Positions 11,879-22,803 of a DNA stretch of 64,000 nucleotides are shown piece after piece. Location of the stretch: the NCBI GenBank assembly GCA_965603825.1, contig CBFDEM010000023.1:372001-436000 (forward strand), in the 5' to 3' direction. Within the stretch, counting starts at the first letter, position 1. Each line of letters starts with the position of its first letter. Both the position numbers and the translations under genes were made by a program. Below the pieces are notes generated by a model. That model was not told the DNA's origin and did no database searches. It saw nothing but the letters and a program-made list of their open reading frames with translations. The stretch is from Blepharisma stoltei ATCC 30299. Taxonomy: Eukaryota > Protista > Ciliophora.

Positions 11879-14800
11879 CTAAAAAGTAAAGTGCTTCTTG
11901 AAAAGGGCGATATCTTCTGGCAATAGATGTTTCATGCATGCCAAAAGATACTCTTTGTCATTCGTTATCAAGTTATTAAAGAAATCCAGCAAAAAGTTCT
12001 GCAGTGTAATGCCGCCGTACCAGTCTCCAAGTGAGTACATGTCATCTTCGTTGATATCGTCACTGACGTCGTCGTTGTCTTCATAGTCAAAGTCAAGCAT
12101 ATCTGACATCAAACATTCAGAGCCTGTTTCATAGTCCCCAAGGCCTTTATCTTTGCTGACTGGGATTTGGAAATCTCTTATGTCATAGTCTTCTTTGATT
12201 TCTTTTAGCAAGTCATTTTTCAACGACTCCATTGGGTCTTCGCGGTCTCCATGGTCTTCTTGGACGCTGTCTTTATCATCTTCGATGGTGTCCATTCTTT
12301 CCCCTTCTTCATAGTCTCCTATAAACCCAATTCCTGACCCTTCCACGACTGTCTGAAATTCTTCATTTAATCCTATTTCTTCTTGCTGCTTTCTTTTAGG
12401 CATAAATGCTTCATTATCTAAACATCGGATAAGAGTGCACAAAATTTTGAAAGGCGCTAAAACTTCTGAGCAAGCGTTGGAATGAGACGGATTGTACCCA
12501 ACTACGAGCAAACTTTCGACTCCTTGGTCTTTTAGTGTGTAAATTCTGGCTAAAGCAGCGATGGTTGCATTCTTTGTATATCGACCTCGAATTAAAGGCT
12601 GGTGGATCAGCCACTTATCAAGCAAAACCTTTAGTGCTACCCTTCGTTCTATTGTGAGATTGGATAGGAAGCCAATAATTTCTGCGCTGTGAGAGTGAAT
12701 TAAGCGCGCAAATACAAGGACAAGTCCTTGGACAATTGAGGGCATTTTACATCTGTGAAGCTTATTTAAGCAGCCTATAAGCAAATCTTCGTCTATTTTC
12801 GGTGAAATTTTGCAGAATACTTGAATAACCAAATATCCTAGGCCTAAGGCTCCAGCTTCATTTTTAGCAGGATTTAGCAAACTAGCTACAGTTTCTACAA
12901 CCTTTTCTTCTAATCCTCGTTTTACAACTTCATTGGCTGTATATCCACAAAAAGCCCTTAAACAGCTTGTTCCTTGCAAAAGTAGTGAAATATCCTCTGT
13001 TCTTCCAAGTAAATCAAGCAGGGGATCTACAATATCCATAAGCCTTTCCCTTTCATTACTCTCAGCGCTTGATTTCTTCAAAAAGAGCGTCATAAGCTCT
13101 AATGAGCTTGGAAGTATTAGCAACGATTCTACTTGAGAGCCCATTGTACTAGTTGAACTTGCCGAACTCGGCTTTTCTTTGCTAATAGCTGGATAAGTAG
13201 CAAGCAAGCTCATGATGAATGGTAAAAACGTGTCTAGCAGTGATCCCATACATTTATTTAAATCGCACCATATTCTTATAATAGCAAGAATTTTTGACAT
13301 TATGCTGCCTTCTCCATAATATTTTGCAAATAATTTCAAAAACACATTAGAGGCATAAGTAGGAACTACGCTACTCATTTCTGGGTTCAAAGCTAAGACT
13401 TCTTGTAAAGTGTCAAGGACTAGATGAAGGGTGTCTGAAGAAGTGGCCTGAATAAGAGCAACCAGATTCACCAATAAATTCGGCAGGACTTCATTAATTT
13501 CTGATACATTGGTGACGACTTTCCGTGATAGCTTTAGAATAGCATAGCAAGCTGAAAGTCTAACCGCAACTGGCTCTTTTTGGTTTAATGCATTACAACA
13601 GATTTTGAAAACCCTTACACAGTCAGGATGGCTTGAATCCATTATTTCAGAAATTTTGGCAGTACACCAAAGTGCTCTACCTTTCAAAAATTCGCTTCCA
13701 TTTTCATTGCTACTTCCTGTTAAGTCAGATAGGATCACTGAGCCAAAGAAATTTGCGATATCCAGTGGCTGTTTTCCTGATTTTTTGACTCTTGAGTTAT
13801 AACCAATAATGTCAGTATTTATGCTTCCTAGCAATAAAACTGCAGCTTCTTTAGTTTTCCACATATGCTGCGTTGGGAATTTTCTTACAATATTTAATAG
13901 ATTTTGATTGATTCTATCATTAATGGCTTGGATGTCTTGGTTTGATGAATATAACAAAGGAGCGGAGGATTGCTGTGAAATATTGGTGAGCATTGACTCA
14001 ACAACGCTTACAATGCACTCAATAGAAGTATCGCCAAATAAGTCTATAAGCTCAGAAATAAGTTTCAAGCATGATATTCTTGATGACTTCAAATATTCTT
14101 CTATATCTTCTTCAGATATGAATTGGTTTGGGTCGTTGCTCCACAGTTCTTCTTGCTCAACTGTAAGAGGAAGATACCAAGCTAATGTGTTAATCAAGGC
14201 TTTAAGCTCGCCCACAACTTGAGGGCCGATCACTGGACGGATAATTATTGAAGTTATTAGCTCTAGCAGCTGGATTGTAAGCCCTTCAACTCCTCCAATC
14301 TCATTTTCAATCTGGTCATTTGCCAGGACTTCCTTGGAGTAAACTACGCTTTCTTGATACAATGGCACAAGTGCATGCAATAATGTTCATGCTGGCTGAA
14401 TAATGATGTAATACCAGCTTAAAGAGTAGGTTGTAAAGTCTCTATAAAAGCTTGTCAGCATCTTGAGGCTTAGTCTTTTCATTTCAATAGAGGATTCATC
14501 AGTCCCTATAATTTCAATTAAAAGATAGAACCAATTTGACCATGATGAATCCAATGAAGAACTTACAAGCTCTTGATCAACTCCATCAGCCCAAGACAGA
14601 CTTTCTAAGCATTTCGCCGCCACATCTAAGCATCTTTCTTTTACTCTCACATTATTAGCAGCTGCCGCTTGCCCATAAAACTCATAAACTACTGGGAACA
14701 ACAGATGAGTGGCTCTAGATAGTCTATCATCGCATTCATCAAAAATAATTGACAAGGCCAGCAGAATTGAATCAATAGTTACAAGATCACGGTCTGCACC

Positions 14801-15220
14801 CAAATTCAGTATGCTTTCAAAACACATTGGCCACTGATCTGGGAAATCCCTTAGGACTATTCCTGAAAGCGCCAAAACCTATATCTCAATTACTGCTAAA
14901 GTTTTCAATTTAGGCTCTTCAATTTTAATGCACTGCATTAAAACTTGTCTGGTTTCTCTCATATCATTCGATGATATGTGGGAAGACTCATTCCAATAGT
15001 CTGATATGAAATTCTTCAAGAGAATCCCTGAAAACTGCCTAATAAAGAATTTCATGTTTTCTGGGATTTGGGAAGGAAGTTGTATAGATCCTTGCAAAAT
15101 TTTTGAAAGTGCAGGGGAGTATCCAGCTTGGAATTCTCACTCTTTTAGTATTGTTGAGCCTTGAGATAAGTGCTGAGGATTGATAATACAACTGTATAGG
15201 ACTTCTATGAGTCTTTCCAT
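11879..15220 (-). CDS. IPO9: Importin-9-like karyopherin, ~1108 aa; intron 14879-14893, TGA=Trp at 15137 and 14387
   Basis: IBN_N motif IRQFSGILLKNFISDYW. Splicing gives KLKTLA|VLALSGIVLRDFPDQWP. Also EELWSNDPNQFISEED, FLKGRALW, VQGLVLVFARL and an acidic C-terminal loop. Confidence 0.9.
14879..14893 (-). other. 15-nt spliceosomal intron GTAATTGAGATATAG (phase 0)
   Basis: Removal joins the importin-9 exons in frame; unspliced it ends in TAG. Confidence 0.9.
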
Positions 15221-15385
15221 AATATAATTAATTAGCTAAATATGAGATCAGGATTTTGGAGCTAAGCTTATAGAAAATGCATAAAAAAAGAATTCAGAAG
15301 AGTCCTTGCATAAAAATAGATCGAAACTGAAAATAAGGAAATTTCATAGGAGAATAATGGGAATTGTTAGGAATTTTATGATTTT

Positions 15386-15883
15386 TTAATTATTCTCTTC
15401 CTCTTCCTCTTCATCTTCATAATTTTCTTCATTTTCTTTCTCGCTCTCTTTTGCTTTCTTAAATATGAATTTCCTATATTTTCTAGATAAATCTTCAAAG
15501 TGCTTATTTTTTTCATACTCTGGGTATTTAAACAAATAAATAGCTCGGATTGTCTGCCCCACATCATTTGGTTTTTCTGCCAAAGATTCTAAAGTGTTTG
15601 CTGTGTAATAAGGATGTATTAATCCTTTAATTATGGCCATCCCCGCTCCTGTGATAGTTAATCGAAGGAGCCATCTCTTTGATAAAGAAAAACCTATCAA
15701 AAACGACACCACTACCCCTCCTAAAATCATGAAAGGTTCGGATTTTTTCAGTTTATCTAATTCAGATGATCGAGAGATCAATAAATGGTTTTCCATGATT
15801 TTCTCATAAGATGCATGGGCTGCTCTTTGTCTCTGATATTCGCTATTGAAAAAATTGATAATTTTGTCATATATGTGAGACAT
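15386..15883 (-). CDS. Hypothetical membrane protein (two hydrophobic segments, acidic tail)
   Basis: ATG 15883 (MSHIYDK); the upstream ATG at 15916 lies inside the MORN CDS. Hydrophobic FMILGGVVVSFLIGF and LLRLTITGAGMAII. Confidence 0.75.
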   Translation of the reverse strand: MSHIYDKIINFFNSEYQRQRAAHASYEKIMENHLLISRSSELDKLKKSEPFMILGGVVVSFLIGFSLSKRWLLRLTITGAGMAIIKGLIHPYYTANTLESLAEKPNDVGQTIRAIYLFKYPEYEKNKHFEDLSRKYRKFIFKKAKESEKENEENYEDEEEEEENN

Positions 15884-15896
15884 TTTATTATTATAA

Positions 15897-16919
15897 TTAT
15901 TCAATTTTCTTTCCATCTCGAAATAGAACAGATTTTACTTTGCCGTCAGGGAAAATATAAACCCCTTGACCGTCTTGTTTGCCGTTTTTCCATGACCCTT
16001 TGTATTGCTTATTGTCAGCCCATGTGTAAGTTCCTGCCCCATGCTTTTTGTCGTAGCTGTATTCTCCTTCGTATTTTCGGCCATCAATTCATGTGTAAAT
16101 GCCGAAGCCATGCATATTGTTTTTTAGCCATTCGCCTTCGTATCTTCTTCCGTCAAGTCAGGTATAAACCCCTCTTCCACTCATATAATTATTAGCCCAT
16201 TGGCCAGTATATTTACTTCCATCGGTTCAAATATAAGTCCCAAACCCGCTTTTCTTTCCTCCTCTATGAAATCCTTCATATCTACTTCCATCTGCTCACG
16301 ATTCAATCCCAAAACCATCTTGCAAATCATTTTTTCAATCTCCGATATACATTGCTCCATTTTTGTGGAGGTAAACTCCTTTTCCATGAGCTTTATCATC
16401 GAGCCAATTTCCTTCAAAAATGTCTCCATCAATGTGCCAAAACTTTCCATGACCATTTGCTTTGTTTGTTTTCCAATTTCCTTCATATTTAGTCCCATCT
16501 GGCCAAGTTTGAGTTCCTATTCCTTCTCTGTCATTCCCATTCCACTCTCCATTATAGACAGAGCCACTTTTAAAAGTGAATGGAGGTTTTACGTTATGTT
16601 TTGATACTTTATTTTCAGTTGAGAAAAATTTGCTTTTTGGTTTATAAATAAAGGAATACATTTTCCTTGTTTGGTATCCTCTCCATAAAGATTGGATTTT
16701 TATTACTTTTGGAACAGCTGCGTTGAATTTTGTCTGATTTGGAGAAGATTGAAAAGTACTGAGATCTAAATTTTCAATTCCAAGATGTTTTGAAATGTCA
16801 GTTGCACTGATGTTCGCGATATCTTTGTCGCTTTTTAAAGTGTCTGTGAGTTTTATTTCTTGGTTGGTTTCGCTCTCTCTTTTTTTGCAATTGCAATCTG
16901 AGCAACTGACTTGGCCCAT
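15897..16919 (-). CDS. IQ-motif + MORN-repeat protein, ~340 aa, five TGA=Trp
   Basis: MGQVSC N-terminus, IQ motif IQSLWRGYQTRK, and about 9 tandem 23-aa MORN repeats (YEGxWxxxxxxGxG). TGA at 16335, 16296, 16227, 16158 and 16089 all fall on repeat Trp positions. TAA at 15897-15899. Confidence 0.93.
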
Positions 16920-17127
16920 ATATCTTTAACAAAATGTCGAGCTAATTTTTATTAGTTTTGAAATGATATTAATACACTAATTAATAGATATAAGCCTTTG
17001 AATAAGCAAGATATGAGACAATTAGGGTATTTTTAAAAATAAATCGGTAAAATCATGGAATTTAGGTCAATCAAGTGAGTTTATAAATTTAAACAAATTG
17101 ATAACCTTCTTATAAAATACCATTAAA

Positions 17128-17637
17128 ATGGTGACACTAAGACTTCAGAAGCGCTTGGCAGCAAGCGTCCTTAAGTGCGGAAAGCGCCGTGTTTGGATGG
17201 ATCCTAACGAAATTCAAGAAATTTCCTTGGCAAATTCCCGTCAAAATATCCGCAAGCTCGTAAAAGACGGATTTATTGTAAAGACTCCTCAAGCCATCCA
17301 CTCCCGAGTCCGTGCCAATCTCTTCAAAGAGTCAGTTAAAAAAGGCAGACACACAGGACTTGGAAAGAGAAAAGGTACCGCTGAAGCCAGAATGCCTGAA
17401 AAAATCATGTGGATGCGTCGTCAAAGAGTTCTCAGAAGACTCCTCCGCAAGTATAGAGCCAGCACAAAAATTGACAAGACCTTATACCACGATTTCTACG
17501 TTGGTGCCAAAGGAAATATGTACAAGAACAAGAGAGTGCTCATGGACTCCATCTTCAAAGCCAAAGCCAACGCCATTCGTGAAAAGAATCTCAAAGAACA
17601 GCAAGAAGCACGCAGACAGAAGCGCACTAAGGCATAA
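17128..17637 (+). CDS. RPL19: 60S ribosomal protein L19 (eL19)
   Basis: [25 protein letters not shown]...[12 protein letters not shown]...[12 protein letters not shown]. Confidence 0.98.
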   Translation: MVTLRLQKRLAASVLKCGKRRVWMDPNEIQEISLANSRQNIRKLVKDGFIVKTPQAIHSRVRANLFKESVKKGRHTGLGKRKGTAEARMPEKIMWMRRQRVLRRLLRKYRASTKIDKTLYHDFYVGAKGNMYKNKRVLMDSIFKAKANAIREKNLKEQQEARRQKRTKA

Positions 17638-17675
17638 TTTAAGATTCTTAAATCCATATTCATATAATTTTAAAA

Positions 17676-18350
17676 ATGCAAGTCGACAAAAACAAGAGCT
17701 TCCGCCCAAAGAAGCGCATTGAAAAAGGTCAGCGTGGGTATGGTCTCAAACAAATAGCTAAGATGACACTTGGGTCAGGGAATTTGGATTTGGCAGTTGA
17801 AGTTCCTGTAGGAGAAGATTTGAACGAATGGTTTGCTGTCAATACTATAGAATTCTATAATGAAATTAACCTGATCTACGGAGCCTTGACTGAGTTCTGT
17901 ACTCCTGAATCGTGCCCTGTTATGTCAGCTGGGCCTAAGTATGAATACTTATGGGCAGACGGACAAAACGTGAAGACTCCTTTAAAAGTTTCTGCAAGTG
18001 AGTATATCGATTTCTTGATGACTTGGGTCGAAAGTCAGCTCAACAATGAGCATCTATTCCCAACCCAGCTTGGAGTTCCTTTCCCAAAGAACTTCTCGTC
18101 TACAATTAAAGTGATTTTCAAGCGACTCTTCAGAGTTTATGCTCATATATACCATACCCACTTCCAACATATTATGACTTTAGGAATGGAGTACCATTTG
18201 AACACCTGTTTTAAGCATTTCATTTTCTTTATTGATCGCTTTAAGCTAGTCGATCAAAAAGAGCTTGCACCGCTGGCAGAACTGATTCAGCAGTTCAGAG
18301 AAAGGGGAAGAGAAAGGATGGAAAGAGAAGCTCTTGGACAAAGGCATTAA
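17676..18350 (+). CDS. MOB1: MOB kinase activator 1
   Basis: TLGSGNL, P.GEDLNEW, FCTPESCPVMSAGPKYEYLW, KRLFRVYAHIYHTH, LNTCFKHF. Confidence 0.97.
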   Translation: MQVDKNKSFRPKKRIEKGQRGYGLKQIAKMTLGSGNLDLAVEVPVGEDLNEWFAVNTIEFYNEINLIYGALTEFCTPESCPVMSAGPKYEYLWADGQNVKTPLKVSASEYIDFLMTWVESQLNNEHLFPTQLGVPFPKNFSSTIKVIFKRLFRVYAHIYHTHFQHIMTLGMEYHLNTCFKHFIFFIDRFKLVDQKELAPLAELIQQFRERGRERMEREALGQRH

Positions 18351-18376
18351 TAAATAGTTATATTGATAAGTTAGAT

Positions 18377-19366
18377 ATGGAAGAAGAACGAGTAATTACT
18401 CATCTCCACACTATCGTTGATAGCGGAGACATCCTAGTAGTCAAATGGAACCCAGACGACTCTCATCTAGCAACAGCTTGTGCTGATGGCACCGTCAAAA
18501 TATATGCCAGTACAAGTGGGAATTTCATTAGGACATTGAACTGTAGGCTTGCAGCAGATGCAATGCCAGTCACAGCACTTCAGTGGAGACCTCCTACTTC
18601 ACTTGCAAAAACAAAGAACGTGCTTGTCGCGACCACAGCTGATGGCGGAATACTTCATTGGCATGCAACTTCAGGCAAAATTTTGCATACAATCAGGTTT
18701 GAGCAAGAAAATCAAGTTTTATGTGTTGATTATGACGTGGAGGGGAAATATTTTGCAGTTGGCTGCAAAGATATGTTCGTTAGAGTTTATGATGAATCTA
18801 CTAAGAGCGTCATTGCTGAAATGGCTCCTGGATGGGGAGATGTGATTGGGCATGGGAATAGGATTTTCGCTGTCAAGTGGAGGGATGAAAATACAATTAT
18901 TAGTGCTGGATGGGATAATAATATCATCATTTGGGATGTTAGAGCGCATAGAGCTGCAAGAGCTATTTTTGGACCTCACATATGTGGGGATGCTATGGAT
19001 ATCTGTGGAAATAGACTGCTAACTGGAAGCTATCATATAAAAGATCAGTTGCAGCTGTGGGATTTGAATGATGGGCACAATATCTTTACTCAGACTGTAG
19101 TTTCAAATAATAGGCCGTGCTTGCTTTATACTGCGCAGTTTAGTAAGTCAGATATGGGATCAATGTTTGCAGCAGGAGGATCTGGAAGTGATGAAGCGTA
19201 TTTCTATGATAGTGATACTCTGAGACCTTTTGGAATGCTATCAAATTTGACTAATGCGGTGTACTCAATTGATTTTGCTCATGCTTCGAATAAGCTCGCA
19301 GTGGCAAGTGGAGATGGCTCAATCAGAGTGTTTGAGATCACTAGAAATCGACAAGATGAAGTTTAA
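18377..19366 (+). CDS. WD40-repeat protein
   Basis: Multiple WD blades (GHGNRIFAVKW, SAGWDNNIIIWDVR, ASGDGSIRVF). Confidence 0.9.
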   Translation: MEEERVITHLHTIVDSGDILVVKWNPDDSHLATACADGTVKIYASTSGNFIRTLNCRLAADAMPVTALQWRPPTSLAKTKNVLVATTADGGILHWHATSGKILHTIRFEQENQVLCVDYDVEGKYFAVGCKDMFVRVYDESTKSVIAEMAPGWGDVIGHGNRIFAVKWRDENTIISAGWDNNIIIWDVRAHRAARAIFGPHICGDAMDICGNRLLTGSYHIKDQLQLWDLNDGHNIFTQTVVSNNRPCLLYTAQFSKSDMGSMFAAGGSGSDEAYFYDSDTLRPFGMLSNLTNAVYSIDFAHASNKLAVASGDGSIRVFEITRNRQDEV

Positions 19367-19845
19367 ATAACTCTTATAAAAAAGTAGATTTTTTATAAAT
19401 GCCCAAAGCTAAGTATTTTGTTGAAATTAAAATAAGGTTTAGCTTTATTGATTATATATATTTTAAGAATAATTCCCCTAAGACTATTCCTATTTGTAAA
19501 ATTTTCATTTGTGCCAAGCTTTCCTAGCAGTTTTATACTTTTTGGAATTAAATTAAACATTTATGAATTTAAAGCATTTAATGAAGCTATTTTAGCAAGC
19601 AAATTGAATCTTCAGGAAAATAATTGGAATTTTTTGTATTAAATAAAAATTGATCTACATTTATTCTGCAATAAATTTTCACAAATTTGGATTACCTACA
19701 AGAACCCATTTTGTATATATAAATAAAAAATCACTTTCTCTTTTAATTTATTAAATCTTTATATGCTTTCATTTTTTTTTTAGATTAAAAAATATGTGGA
19801 TAAAAATTGAATAATAAAAATTGCAATTTCATACTTACTAAGGAC

Positions 19846-20436
19846 TTATTTTATTTCTATGTGGCAATACTTTGCTTTTGGCCTAAAGCTCTCTTCATCT
19901 TCTGTTATATGTGAATGAATTGAACCTTGACGAGAAAAAAATGGTTTAGCAGGCCCTGGATTGAGGACTTTTTGTTTCAAATTCGATAAAATTTTTGACT
20001 TTGCGAAGGTCACCGCATTACTATTTGTCCTGATAACCTTTCGTGCAACCATAGATATATTTTCTTTCAATAAATCATTTTTCATTGTATTCACATTTGG
20101 GAAATCTAAAATGCTTTTAATATTATCTCTTTTTGACGTCTTTTGAGGCATGTTAAGGATGAAAAATGAAGTAGAGCTCAAAGATCTTTTTCTCATCCTA
20201 AGATTTGACAATGACTCAAAACACCGGCCTTTGCTTAGCTCAAATTGCTCCTTGTGGCACGGACTTTGTTCGACCTTGAGATTTTGCTTAGGGCTTTTCT
20301 CTTTTATTTGTGTGCTGTTACATGAAAGTTTTATTTTTTTATTATCAAATTGTTCTGCTTTGAGTTCTCTTTTTTTTATTCCATTAACCAAGTTATAAGC
20401 AGGCATCAGAGTTTGTTGAGATTTTCCTTTAATCAT
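19846..20436 (-). CDS. Hypothetical basic low-complexity protein, 196 aa
   Basis: Long open frame in an otherwise very AT-rich stretch; TAA stop. Confidence 0.65.
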   Translation of the reverse strand: MIKGKSQQTLMPAYNLVNGIKKRELKAEQFDNKKIKLSCNSTQIKEKSPKQNLKVEQSPCHKEQFELSKGRCFESLSNLRMRKRSLSSTSFFILNMPQKTSKRDNIKSILDFPNVNTMKNDLLKENISMVARKVIRTNSNAVTFAKSKILSNLKQKVLNPGPAKPFFSRQGSIHSHITEDEESFRPKAKYCHIEIK

Positions 20437-21100
20437 ATCAATATAGAGATTTATTTATTTTCATACATTTTTTTTGATAATCAAGGCGTAAGGTTTATTT
20501 ATTAACTATTGCTGAAAGCATAAATGGCAAATATAAATTTGAAAAAGACTATGATCTAATTGAGATTATTAAATAAATTTATACATACTTTACTCTCAAT
20601 TTAATTAAAAAAAATTATGTCGCTAAATATTCCATTTTTCTGCTTCAAGGATTGGAATGCAATTTTAATGCTATTCAAACAATTTGGCGCTTTCCCGATA
20701 CGTAATAAAAAAATTTTATTTAATTGAAGGAGATTTTTAGTTAAAATTTAAAGGAAAAGCTAATAAAATAAAAAAAGTTATTGTCTTGAACTAATAGCAT
20801 CTTTTTATTAGAATATTTACAGAAGACAAAAAAATAAGCATAAATGATTTCAAAATAAGATTATTACTTGCATTACAGCATCAATATAGCACAAATAATG
20901 CTAAACTATTAATAAGAGCATGAACTTGAAAAGAATTTTATATTAATCAATCAACTTTTATGAAGAGAATTTAGTTTGAACTCAATATAGCATAAAAATA
21001 GCTTAATAATAGTTATTTTAATAACAATTATCTATCTAATCTTTTATTTTAAAATAAAAAAGCATTTTATAACTAAATATTCTTTAGATTTTAATAAAAT

Positions 21101-21490
21101 ATGGCGACGGATCCTAAAATTTTATATCAAAAAATTACTCAAATAAACACAGCATTTTATAAAGAAATCTCAAAGCTTGCGTCTCCTGCTTTTGTAAATT
21201 TTATACAGGTTGATAGCTATATGTGTGAAATGGCTTGCTATCAAAATCCGAAGGCAAATATTGAAGAATCAGATTCATGCGCGGAAACTTGCAGAAAACA
21301 ATCGAACCCATTAAGGAGTAAGATTCAAGAAACATATAAAGCATCATTTGTGAGACATATTTAGAGCAAACTCTCTGATTGTAGCGAAAATTGTGGAAAA
21401 GATGTAGAATGCACTAAAAATTGCATAAAAAGCTATGCTGGCTCGCTAAAAGCATTTGCAAATACTTTGACAAACTCTCAGATAAGCTAA
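21101..21490 (+). CDS. FAM136A-like twin CX3C protein, ~124 aa; intron 21350-21364
   Basis: Four CX3C motifs (CEMAC, CAETC, CSENC, CTKNC); the last two appear only after removing the 15-nt intron. TAA at 21488-21490. Confidence 0.7.
21350..21364 (+). other. 15-nt intron GTGAGACATATTTAG (phase 0)
   Basis: Removal extends the ORF into the second CX3C pair. Confidence 0.85.
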
Positions 21491-21746
21491 AGTTATTTAA
21501 TACAGCTAAAAATTTAATTGCAGACTAAGTTGAAATAAAAAAGATAAATTTTCTAAGCAAAATTAGATTATTAAAAACTAATAATTTTCTTTATTCAATT
21601 AATAGCAATCTTTAATTTTTAGTCTGCTCTCTATATGGCTCTAATCTCTAAGATATACTTTTCTAATCTTTTTTTGCCTATAAAAATGTTTAATCTAAAT
21701 AAACTTTGTTATAATTAGTCTAAAAAGAAAGCTCAATATTTACTAA

Positions 21747-22154
21747 TTAAGGAACCCAAGCCATATTTTGCTTCATCCTTCTGCTGCGTGAACTGTTTTT
21801 CATCATTATTTGTATTTCTCTTTCTATGTCACTATCTTCTTCCTCATCTCGCTCTTCTTTTTCTGGGACAATTTTAGGACTCGGTTCGCGCTTTTTCTCA
21901 GGCTCTTCAGGAACAGTAAAGCATTTCCATCCCTTTTCAAGCTCTTTTTCCCAACTCTCCATAACCCAGCCTTTTATTTTCCTCTCAGAATTTCTGAATT
22001 CTCTTTTAAGCTGAAGTTTCTTCAATGCAATGCTCACCTTTAATGCATTTTCTTCTTTTTTTATTTTTGAAAACTCAGCTCCCTTCTTTTTGGCATCATC
22101 ATACAATTCATCATATTTAGACTTCAATGCTTCATACTTTGATTGAAATTTCAT
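21747..22154 (-). CDS. Hypothetical coiled-coil/charged protein, ~135 aa
   Basis: ATG 22154 (MKFQSKYEAL); K/E-rich open frame. Confidence 0.7.
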   Translation of the reverse strand: MKFQSKYEALKSKYDELYDDAKKKGAEFSKIKKEENALKVSIALKKLQLKREFRNSERKIKGWVMESWEKELEKGWKCFTVPEEPEKKREPSPKIVPEKEERDEEEDSDIEREIQIMMKNSSRSRRMKQNMAWVP

Positions 22155-22355
22155 ATTATAAATTATCTTTAGCAAGAATGAAACCTTCGTAAACAATAAG
22201 ATGCCTTTATTTACTTTAATCCTGATAATATAAATTATCTCAATAGAGCAATTTACAGAATGTAAAGCTCATATTTTTATAATTTATTCTAGCCAAATTT
22301 GATGATTTATAAATTGGAATTTATTTTATTCTAAATCTATATTAAGATCTCATAA

Positions 22356-22733
22356 ATGAGAGTTCCCGCTTTACGAAGAAAAAATCCATACACAGAAGAG
22401 CCAATCGCCCACCGTCCAACTCAATCAAATTCTCCATACGAAAGAACTCTCCAGCAAATGATCACAAGCCAAAGAGTCAATGAAATATCGCCAACTGTCC
22501 TAAAATACTGCAGCTTATGCACACATAAAATTGAGCTTAACTTCAATGGCCATCGCTCAGAGCCAGATCATTACCCTATCGCTATTGATATTTGTAAAGG
22601 CTGTTCCAAAGATATTTGTGAATATTGTCGACGTATTTGTGAGAAATGCGAGAAAAGTTGCTGTTACGTCTGCAATACAACAATTTATAATGATACAGGT
22701 AGCTTGGAGGTCTGCCCTGATTGTGCTAATTAA
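22356..22733 (+). CDS. Cys-rich zinc-finger protein, Siva-like C-terminus
   Basis: CSLC...CKGCSKDICEYCRRICEKCEKSCCYVC...CPDC; spacing resembles the Siva B-box-like/zinc-finger region. Confidence 0.6.
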   Translation: MRVPALRRKNPYTEEPIAHRPTQSNSPYERTLQQMITSQRVNEISPTVLKYCSLCTHKIELNFNGHRSEPDHYPIAIDICKGCSKDICEYCRRICEKCEKSCCYVCNTTIYNDTGSLEVCPDCAN

Positions 22734-22803
22734 CTCTTTTAATTGAAAACACAACTTAATTTTTTCAAAAATAATAAGTGAAACTTAAGTAATATTAACT
22801 GAA

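Noticed and set aside
20683-20698. E2F-like TTTGGCGC / TTTCCCG motif between divergent genes
   Set aside because: A single short match with no supporting cell-cycle gene context.
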